DNA of 63,597 bases, filler included, from Intoshia linei (lineage: Eukaryota; Animalia; Orthonectida), in NCBI GenBank assembly GCA_001642005.1. It is 4 parts of 4 records of this genome, joined end to end, with 100 filler letters (N's around TTAATTAATTAA, not from the genome) between each part and the next. Parts side by side here need not be neighbours in the genome. Positions count along the whole stretch, not along the records: positions 40,252 to 59,943 come from LWCA01000719.1; positions 60,044 to 63,597 come from LWCA01002073.1; 2 more parts are not named here. One strand, given 5' to 3'. Positions 53,416-63,597 of the stretch are shown here, piece after piece. The notes beneath the pieces are model-generated. The model was not told the DNA's origin, searched no databases, and saw only the letters and a program-made list of their open reading frames with translations. How positions within the stretch are numbered: the stretch's first letter is position 1; each line of letters starts with the position of its first letter. A program made the translations under genes and the position numbers.

Positions 53416-54510
53416 AGTCAGACCTGTATATATTGAAACCTAATATAGTGAACATTTTGTAGAGTGAACATTAAAAATTATTTCGTTAACAAAAAATTCA
53501 CTTTATATGGAAGTATAGTGAACAATACAATAATGAACGGTGAACACCTTTCAAAATAAAGGTAATATTCTATTTTTGAATAATCTCATTGTAATTTGAA
53601 TAAATTAATATGATTTGCACTTTATTTTTACATTATATAATTAACGATAAAAAGCGTAAAAATTTTTAGCTAGAGGTTTTAAGAGTTTAGATTTTCAAAA
53701 ATTAAATGTTTCCTATAAAAGTAACAAAGAATCGTGAATGACATTAAATATTTTTGAATCATGGTTGTCACATTTAAATTTATGGATGAAAAATGAAGAT
53801 AGAAAAATTATTTCAATTCTAGACAACGCAATTGTTCACCCAAAATGTACTCAATATTCAAATGTAGAGTTGTTTTTTCTACCTCCGAATACGACTTCTA
53901 AGATACAACCACTCAATCAAAGAATTATATACTCGTTCAAGGTGCAATACAAGCGTATTATTAACATAATTATACTTATTGAAATGGAAAACCCAGAATA
54001 TGAAGATCTGGATTATCAAAATTTAAATTATACAAAAGTATTTTGTATATTCTCATGGCGTGGGAGAATGTTTCAAAGAAATGTATAATAAATTGTTTTA
54101 AAAAAGCATAAATTTAAAAATTAGTACATTGGTATATCGAGATGATGCCATAATCGATAACCAAGCTATAGACAATAACGAATTAGAATCTAACCCGCTA
54201 AATAGTAACTTAGATGATGATTTTCCAGCATATGATACAACAATAACTACAGATTTAGGTACTCCTTCAAAATATTGATCTAGGTACCGACAGTGACGTC
54301 GAATCCGTATAATCAAATGACTCTCAGTGTCCCATTGAAACGACAATACATACTTACGAAGCTTTATATATTTTTAAACAGTTGCAACAATGGTACATTG
54401 AAAATTATCCGAATGGAATTAATAATATACTTAAAGTGATAAATGATATATCGGAAAAATTGTCGAGACAAGCTAAAATAACTGATTATTTTTCTACATT
54501 AAAAAAAATT
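53416..54510 (+). mobile_element. Tigger/pogo transposon remnant (DDE_1 domain part)
   Basis: TA|CAGTCAGACCTG terminus. Degenerate ORF MTLNIFESWL...ILDNAIVHP...LFFLPPNTTSKIQPLNQRII has stops and frameshifts. Confidence 0.82.
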
Positions 54511-54530
54511 TAAAACATTGAATATAATTT

Positions 54531-54580
54531 TAACCCTAATACTCTCAGTGTGACCATATGGTCACACAACATTACAATTA
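54531..54580 (+). mobile_element. piggyBac-like left terminus (also at 59894)
   Basis: TTAA|CCC...actc.cagtgtgaccatatg.tcacacaacattaca occurs at both loci. Confidence 0.5.
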
Positions 54581-55689
54581 TAAAAACACGTATCAAACTG
54601 AAACAAAGTTAATTAAATATGAAAAATTAAATTAATTAGTATATTATATAACATTCGAGTATATTAGTTATGAGTTTTCACCGATTAGCCTCCTGTGTCA
54701 CTGACAGGGGGCCAAAATGATTTTTCAAAGCAAAAAAAAATTCCCTGAAATACTTTGCGGTTTTTATATATTAGCATTAGGTTGACTGTTAAGTAATGTT
54801 GTCATGTTTACATAACAGTTTACATGAAATCGTGACTTATTCAGATTGAAATTTTTTGTGTGTATTAACAGGATACAACTGTACCACCTGTAAATTTTTT
54901 TAAATTTAAATTTATGATAATGTTTATGATTTTAAAATCCGTATACCGAGTCGCATACCAAGATCTGACGCAGAGAGAGATCAATTTGGAACATTCATTG
55001 TTTTGACCAAAATAAAATTTATATCTCCTCTCCTACTACCTTCCCTACCTCTTCCCCATTTCTATGGTCAGAATCTGTTTGTCTATCCATGTTCTTTAAT
55101 ATCCCATATGATCATTTTTTTGTAAAATTCTAATTTTACCAAATCTGATAAGAAAAAACCTATTATTCCAACCCCCAAAAATAATAATTCAATTTAACCA
55201 CCCTTAAGGAAAAATTCCCTTTTTCCAATATTTTTTTAAAAAACACGATTTTATCAAATTTTATGACAAAAAACCTCTAATTTCATACAAAATAAAAAAT
55301 TAAAACGTAAAAAATGGTCGATTTTTATGAATCAAAAATGTGACACGAAGCAATAAAACATTTTGTTATACAACATTTAAGTAAACAATCCCCTTTTATC
55401 TGTATTTACTTTTAACTTTTAACAATAGTTTTTACTAAGTTTTGAAAATTTAAGAGTACTTAGTTGTACTGTATTATATTAAAAAAACTAAGTTGAAAAA
55501 GTCAGTTACTAGGATTACATACATGAACATACTAAGGTCGCATGCGGCCCACGGGCCTTAGTTTGCCTACCTCTGCACTAGTGTATAACACTAATAGTGT
55601 TAACATATATGAAAAAATAAAGTTCAAATCCAAATTATAAACCAATTTCGAACTATCTTTATTGGAAATATATTTAATTTTGTTTCAAA

Positions 55690-58600
55690 ATGTCTGATTT
55701 GTACGACGAATTTGGAAATTATATAGGCCCAGAAATTGAGTCTGATAATGATTCAGATGATATCGAAGAATCTGAAAATGAAGAAGTAATTTATTAATTA
55801 TAAATTTTAAAATAAAGGGTGATTTTAATTTTATATATCGAAAAATTTATTCACTTACTATTAATGATTATGCTTATGAAACAGCAAGGACTATGTATTA
55901 TACATAAAAATTTAATTATTGATAATTATTTAAAACTTATATGTTTTTTTTGTATATTTTTATAGTATTACATTGAAAAATTAGTACACTACTTTTTGTT
56001 TATATGAAGTTCATATTATATACATATATATTCATATTATGAACTAAAAAATAAAATAATACATACGTATAAACGATAGCATGATATTATAAAAATTGTT
56101 ACATTTAAAATCTTTTTATTCTAACAATGCAGTTAAGCTATTACCAAATACATATGCAAATACCAGTTCGTGAATTAATTTTACTGGTTCATGGAAATTT
56201 TTCTTGACAATATTTAAAATAAAAACATAAAATATCGCATAATTATTAAATTATCGTATTTTTTTAAATTTTAGCTAGATAATATGGTTTTACTAGTTCG
56301 CAGGAAATTTTATAGTAAATTTTTAATTTTCAAAATACATAGGCAACATATCAATCTGAAGTTCAGTAGGGACGTAGAACACTAAAAATTATTTTGTTTA
56401 AATCCATAAAGTATAGAATCTATAATATAGATGTTTTATTTATTTTAGAATTACAAAAATATTTTTTACCTCCAAGTACCCTAGGATAAATCATTTTAAA
56501 TTCGTAAAGAATCAACTTTTCATTGTTACTACAAACATTTTAGTCGTATTTATTATGTCTTTATTTTGTTTTAAAAGATGTGGATCTGAATTGACTATTT
56601 TTGTGGAATGAAATATGGATTACGAAAACAGTAGTTAAACATTGTCTAAGTTTTACTGAAACATTTTACATTGACCTTTTTTTATTGTACTTGTATTTAG
56701 AACCAAACCTAACATGCCTAACAGTCACCTAAAAATGAAATATAAATAAAAAATTCGCAAAAGATAATTCGTAGCATATAGCTCTTGTTTTAACATTTTA
56801 AATTTACACAAACTTAATAATAGTTTTTTAATGCTCAATTTGGAAAAATGATTCCCATTTTACATAAATTTCGTCGAGACCAGCAAAGAGGGGCCACGAA
56901 CAGTACAGCGAAGAACAGCCACACATAGAGTTCGGCTCATATTATGTTGATCATTAATTTGGCACGTTTAGGATGTTGAAATGCAAAATGAAGAAGAAGA
57001 AGATGATAAACGAATAGTTTTACATGAAGATAAAAAATATTATCCTACTGCAGCAGAAATTTATGGAAAAGATGTTGAAACTATCGTTCACGAAGAAGAT
57101 GCCCAGCCTATCACAGAACCAATTGTTGCTCCTTTAATACCAAAGAAATTTTATATTCGACACGAAGAAAAGCCTGACACGGTATATGATTTGCAATATC
57201 TTGTAGACATGTCAAACGCTCCAGATTTGATCAGTAATAACATTAAATAGTCGTTACTTTAATTTTTTTAGGAAACGTTGCATTTATTGGCCATTTACAT
57301 CACGGAAAAACATCATTTACCGATTGTTTGGTGAAGCAGACGCACCCCATGTATTTCATATCTGAAGATTACAATTTTGGAACAATTGATAAAGAAGTCC
57401 GATTTACAGACACTTTATATTTAGAGCAGGAACGGGAAATGAGTATAAAGGCCACACCGATTAGTTTGGTTATGCCCGATTTGAACGAAAAGTCATACTT
57501 GCTTAATATCATAGATACACCTGGACACGTCACTTTTTCTGATGAAGTTACTGCGTCGTTACGTCTTGTTGATGGTGTCGTTATTTTCATTGATGCTTCT
57601 GAAGGAATTCTACTGAGCACTGAACGATTGTTAAAACACGCTTTGAATGAAAAACTAGCTATAACTGTCTGCATCAACAAAATGGATAGATTAATCTTGG
57701 AATTGAAATTGCCACCTGTAGATGCTTATTGTAGAATACGTCAAATTTTGGACCAATTTAACAGTTTAATTGCGGTGTATTCAGACGAAAGTACCCCAGA
57801 TTGTCACGTTTCTCCGTTATTAGGAAATGTTTGTTTTGCCAGTTCTTATTATAGATTTTCGTTTACACTTGAATCGTTTTCTCTTCTCTACGCTAATATG
57901 TATCCCGGCTTCGAACCTGTGGATTTAGCAAAACGTTTGTGGGGTGATATGTATTATAATGAAACCTCTCGAAAATTTTCTAAAAAGCCTTGGAATCCCA
58001 ACAACAACAGAACATTTATTGAATTTATATTGGAACCTATTTACAAAATTTTTTCTATGGTAGTGGGGGATGTCGACACCAAGTTGGATTTAGTCCTGTT
58101 AGAGCTTGGTTTAAGAATATCTGCTAAACAAAAGAAAATGAACATTCGGCCTTTATTGCGTTTGATTTTTTGTCAATTTTTTAAAAATAATTCTGGATTC
58201 GTTCAAATGGTTAGAAAGTGTGTACCATCTCCATTGGAAAACGCATCTAACAAAGTCCAACATATATATACGGGCAATTTAGATACTTCAATTGGTGAGG
58301 GCATGAAAAAATGTGACACTACAGCAAATTTAATGGTCCACACAACTAAAATGTACCCGTTTAATGATGGCTCGCAATTTCGAACTCTGGGGCGTATTTT
58401 TTCTGGCAATCTTATGACTGGTCAAAGAGTAAATGTTCTTGGCGAGGGATATTGTGAAAACGATCAAGAAGATTCAAGAATTCAAACAGTTGGAAGGTTA
58501 TGGTTGCCTTCGGCTAGATACAACTTTGAAATAAATTTAGTATCGTCTGGCATGTTGGTTTTTATAGAAGGTATAGATGCATCTATTGTAAAAACAGCAA

Positions 58601-59169
58601 CTGTCGTTTCAGCAGTTAACGTCGACGAATATTACATATTTCGACCCCTTAGTTTCGATACTTGTTCTGTAATTAAGATTGCTGTAGAACCGGTTAATCC
58701 TTCAGAATTGCCTAAAATGCTTGATGGTCTCCGTAAGATAAATAAAACATACCCATTGGTTTCCACAAAAGTAGAAGAATCTGGAGAACATATCATTTTG
58801 GGTACTGGAGAAATTTACCTTGATTCAGTTATGTACGATATGAGAAAATTATACTCTGAAATTGATATTCGCGTTTCTGATCCAGTCGTTTCATTCTGTG
58901 AAACGGTCGTAGAAACATCAAATTTGAAATGCTTTGCGGAAACTCCCAATAAAAAAAATAAACTGACAATGGTTTGCGAACCATTAGAAAAAGGAATTGA
59001 TTTAGCCATTGAGGAAGGTAAAGTGGATATCAATTGGCCTCGTCGTAAATTATCACAATTTTTTCAGACACAGTATGATTGGGATCTTTTGGCTTCTAGG
59101 TCTATATGGGCGTTTGGACCAGATCATATTGGTCCTAATATTCTTGTGGACGAAACTTTACCATCTGAG
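55690..59169 (+). CDS. EFTUD2: U5 snRNP 116-kDa GTPase EFTUD2/Snu114, 3'-partial
   Basis: Exons 55690-55785 ([15 protein letters not shown]...), 56972-57233 ([18 protein letters not shown]...[14 protein letters not shown]) and 57272-59169 ([69 protein letters not shown]), 752 codons in frame. Ends at donor gag|gtatga; no C-terminal exon was found in the window. Confidence 0.95.
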
Positions 59170-60043
59170 GTATGATTTTATCTAATAATTAACTAAACTC
59201 TAATATTGTATTTTTCCTTAGTGGTTTGGTGGAAATGGCTTTTCATATTTTTAGTTGGTATATTTATTCAGGGTTTGGTTAAAATGACTAGTTTAGTTAG
59301 TGTTGGTTGGTTGGGTCGGGATTTGTTATAATTTGATTTTAATGTATTTTTTTGGGTTTTAGTTTGATTAAAATGGTATTTTTTCAAGTTGAATAATAAT
59401 AACACTTAACTAGAATTTGATACGATTTCATAAATTTTATATTTGACTAATAGCAAATTTTTAATGAGAATTATTTTTACTAATTAGAAAATGTAATTTA
59501 AATTTTTGGTAATTTTATTTAAAATTTATGAAATACAAACATGATCAAGAAGAGTTATTTATTATTATACCGGTAACTTCTTAGAAAATGAAAAATTTGC
59601 ACACCCGTTGTGTTTAATTGAATTTCAAAAATTTTTATGATTCTTGTATGACAAATTGAGCATGTTACCTATATGTATTTAAACTTTAAATTCAATACGG
59701 AAAATTATTTCTTTTCGAAAATTCCATAAAATTTGACAATTTAGTGTTTTGTAAAAACATACTTTTTCTAAAATACAAATAAAAAATAAAATTTTTCTCA
59801 ATTCTTCTCTGTCATGTTATATATTACGTCAGGAAAGTTAATTTAATCGTAAATTAATTAATTAATCTTTTTTTGAGATCAATTTATTAATATTAACCCA
59901 TATACTCCCAGTGTGACCATATGATCACACAACATTACATTTANNNNNNNNNNNNNNNNNNNNNNNNNNNNNNNNNNNNNNNNNNNNTTAATTAATTAAN
60001 NNNNNNNNNNNNNNNNNNNNNNNNNNNNNNNNNNNNNNNNNNN

Positions 60044-61783
60044 AAAAAATGTGATATTGGGTGTCAGCAAATCAATTTTTTGGGGCACGTAGTAGATAAA
60101 AAGGGGTTACATATGGATTTATTAGAAATATTAAGGCACCTAAAGACGTAAAAGGGATACACAGTTGAATGGGGATGTTTAATTATTATCGAAAATTTTT
60201 GCCTAATTATGCTTCAATAACAGAACCGATAATTAGGTTAACTCGTAAGAGGATCAAATTTGACTGGTCAGCGGCGTGTGAAGAATCATTAAATCTTCTA
60301 AAGGAATTATTGTCGGGGTATATGTTGGTTTTCCACCCAAATTCGGATGAAAGATTTAGACTGGAGACAGATGCTTTCGACTACGGTATGGGGATGATAT
60401 TATCACAAAATGGTAAACCATTACGTTGTACCAGTAAGGTGTTGGATACCTGTCAGCGTAATTATGGGACGTATGACAATGAATGTTAAAAATGGAATTG
60501 TTAGCCGTTTATTGGGGAATTACATCGTTTCACAGGTATGTTTATAGTAAAAAATTTACTGTTATATCAGACCATAAACCTTTTGTTGATATTCATAATT
60601 CAAAGAATAGTCAAGGGAGGGAGGTTGAGATGGCTGCAATTACTGGATCTTTACGATTTTGAGATTATCTATCGAAAGGGCTCGGATAATTTTGCTGCAG
60701 ATGCATTATCGAGATTATTTGCTATTTGGGATCCAACGAATTTAATGCAGTTTGAGAGGGCTCAAATCGAAGATCAAGATTATAAACAACTGTGAAAATA
60801 TGCGAGAACTGGAAGATCTCAAATGTTGCCATCAAATCGGTACTTTAGTATAAGGGACAAGGTAAAAATTACTAAGGGTTATTTGTACAAAAGGGGTACA
60901 AATCCACTTATGGTATTTAATAATAAAATTGAGGATGTCATTAATTTCGTTCATACAGGAATAGGGGCATAACATGTGGAGATTTCGAAAAACGCTAGAT
61001 TTATTAAAAAGGTCACACTATTGGCCATCAATGGCCAAAGATGTAACAAGGTTAGTAAACCAGTGTGAAACTTGCAAAAGACGGGAGACCTAAACACTTT
61101 AAACTATTGAGACAAGTAGAGTGTTATGCATTTAACGAGTTATGGCAGATAGATTTTGGGGTCCTTTCAAAGTATCACAACGTGGAAACCAATATTTATT
61201 GGTTTTCATCGACCATTATTTAAAATGGATTGAAGCTATCCCGGTATTTGATATGAGGGCTTTAACCACGGCAGAGGCTATATTTGAGAATATAGTAGCA
61301 CGATTCGGGGTACCAAAACAAATACCACATAACACAACCACAAACAAATAATCGTGACCAATAAGGTTAAAGCAGAGGTTGCCATGATAGCGCGCATGTG
61401 GGATACACCAGGTAGTACGACAATTTATGATAGATTGTCTACTATCTTAGGGGGTGTACATTTACGTTTAGGGGTCTTAAGAGACATTCTGCGAACCAAC
61501 AAGGAAGATAATGAAGCTACGTAATTTCAGGGAGTGGGTGCCGAAAAGCCAGCTGCAATGCCATCAATGCGGGGAATATGGACACATTGCCAGGAATTGC
61601 TTAGAGGATACGAGGCCGGGGAAAGAAAAATCAATCAATTGGCCTGGGTCAGAACGGGGATGTAGTGATTACATCACTATGGGATGACGAAGGAATTAAA
61701 GATCATTTCGAACTAATTTATATATTTGTTAAGCTTTATTAAAATGTTGTTTTCAAATATTGTTTATTCAGATAATCGTCACA
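60044..61783 (+). mobile_element. Degenerate Ty3/gypsy LTR retrotransposon (RT 3' part, RNase H, integrase, PPT, 3' LTR)
   Basis: Motifs FLGHVV, GMFNYYRKFLPNYA, ETDAFDYGMGMILSQ, ELLAV, NFAADALSR, WPSM..CETC and GPF..IDHYLKWIEAIP, with frameshifts. Purine tract AGAACGGGGA (61651-61660) is followed by TG...CA at 61661-61783. Confidence 0.9.
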
Positions 61784-61988
61784 ATGAGTATTTGAAAATT
61801 GAAAATTGCGTAGCTTAATAATTTTTGTAATTTTTGTAATGTTCATTACATTATTAACAACATTATTAAGCATAAATCTAAGTTTATTTTATATGTAAGT
61901 CAAGTTAGTATAGTAATATTAGTTAAGTTTACTATTTGTACATTATCAACAAGTCTGACTGTATTTGAAAAATATTGGTTGATAATAC

Positions 61989-63060
61989 AGTCAAACCTCA
62001 ATTTAACGAACAACCACTTACATGAAAATTTATTGTTCGTTAAAAAAAAGTTAACGAACTAACAAATTTATTTTTATATAAAAATCACATATTGTGTTGG
62101 GTCTTTCTTTTAATATAGTTTCTTTTACCGGTCGTAATGCGATTAAGCGATTAAGTTATCAGAAATAAAGAATTTTTCTTGTTTATCAATATATTTTAGA
62201 GCTTCCATTCTAGATATAATGTCAAAATCTCGATTTCACTACAGGTAGAATAATCAAAGCTGTCGTTATGATTGGTGTCTTCTTCTATGGGAGTATCAAT
62301 GAATTCATCGTTATTATAGTCGTTTTCATCATACGCAGGGAATTCATCTGTGACTTTTGCATTATTTTCCACAAGATATATTACTATTTGATAAAACGTT
62401 GTTCTACTGATGTTCGCTGTCTACTTCGCTTCTCTGAAAACGCTTCTACGCTTCTACGCTATTAGCTACTATTTTTCGCTACTGATGGGCGTACTCTAAT
62501 GTTCTAGAATTAGAATTTTTGAAAAACAGGCCTGTCTCATTGCAATTATAAATGTCCATAGGACTATATTTCTCTTCTTTACTTTTAAAAAAATATAAAA
62601 AAGCTTCAAATTCACCTGTATTAACAAGACCTGCCTCACCACTAAGAACACGAGAACGAATATTATGAAGTTTTTGAAAACAGGAAAACCACCCATTTGA
62701 AGGTCTGAAATTGGGTTTTTTCAGACGTTTCCCGATTTTAAGAGCCATTGTTCGAATCATATTTCCTGAAATAATTAAATTTTTCGATCTCTTTCGAACA
62801 AACCACTCATATACTAGTTTGTCGTATTCAGCGGTTGCAAAATTAACAAACATGCGTTTGTCCTTAATCCCATCTATTTTCATCTGTTTTAAAGAGTCTT
62901 TAAAATTTTATTAATCACACCAAGAGTCATGCCAAATTTAATTGAAAGTTCTTTTTGACTATATTCTGCACTATTCATTTCAGAAAAATTTATAACCTCT
63001 ATTTTTTCTTGTAATATATTAATTTTGTTATTTTCTTTTTGATTATTTTTTTAGCATCGT
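61989..63060 (-). mobile_element. Tigger/pogo transposon remnant (CENP-B-type HTH part)
   Basis: ORF 62479-62883 reads LVYEWFVRKRSKNLIISGNMIR..FRPSNGWFSCFQKLHNI..SGE..IYNCNETGLF. Terminus TA|CAGTCAAACCTC at 61987; internal deletion. Confidence 0.85.
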
Positions 63061-63597
63061 ATTAGATTTTTTATTTATTTATAAAAAAAGACGTAATCGT
63101 ACTTATTTATAAATATTTATTCATTATTTATCTACAGTAATATTTATCTCGAAAAGTTTAGTTTAAGTTTTAATTTAATTTCAATATGAATCTTTATCAA
63201 TTATTTTGAATCAATTCGCCAGACACCAGTCGATAAAAGGATACAATAATATTATGGTGATCAACAAGCTTATTATGGCATCATTGCATGTATACTAGGG
63301 TGTCCACTTTTTAAACTTTCCGTTGATTTAACAAAAGTATATTTTACTGAGCGTTCGAAATGTACTTTAGAACACAATTACCGATTAAATTATATCTAGT
63401 TTTGTAATTTCTTTCGCCTATTTTTTTTTAAACCTTTTTTAAAAACACGACAGAAGAACTTTATTATTTTTCATATTGTTATACCTATATACATTTAAAT
63501 GATATTTAAATAAGGTAAAATGACTATTAAATNNNNNNNNNNNNNNNNNNNNNGTAAATATTTTAAGATATAAAAAATAAATTTATGTATTTAAATG

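Overview
Very AT-rich eukaryotic (animal) genomic scaffold. Three 100-nt artificial linkers (N44-TTAATTAATTAA-N44 at 28672, 40152 and 59944) mean the four segments may not be truly adjacent. Five host genes are supported: (1) an intronless, highly divergent VPS10/sortilin-type receptor (16318-18492, +); (2) an intronless phosphoacetylglucosamine mutase PGM3 with large insertions (31074-33200, +); (3) a 7-exon STAR/Quaking KH-domain RNA-binding protein assembled here by hand (43002-53284, +), only fragments of which appear in the ORF track; (4) an intronless cytoplasmic dynein intermediate chain (49277-51490, -) lying entirely inside intron 4 of the Quaking gene; (5) the 5' ~750 codons of the spliceosomal GTPase EFTUD2/Snu114 (55690-59169, +). 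Introns are either tiny (38-39 nt) or 0.3-3.3 kb, the longer ones usually containing transposons. The rest is dense with transposons: a non-autonomous Helitron family, hAT MITEs with 8-bp TSDs, a deleted piggyBac nested in a hAT nested in a probable Chapaev/RAG1-N-terminal-like element, Tigger/pogo remnants, and a Ty3/gypsy remnant with a very short putative LTR. The composition and ~38-nt introns are compatible with a reduced parasitic metazoan such as the orthonectid Intoshia (inference only). No prokaryotic-type system (CRISPR, defence island) is visible. The most notable architecture is the nested antisense dynein gene and the triple transposon nest.
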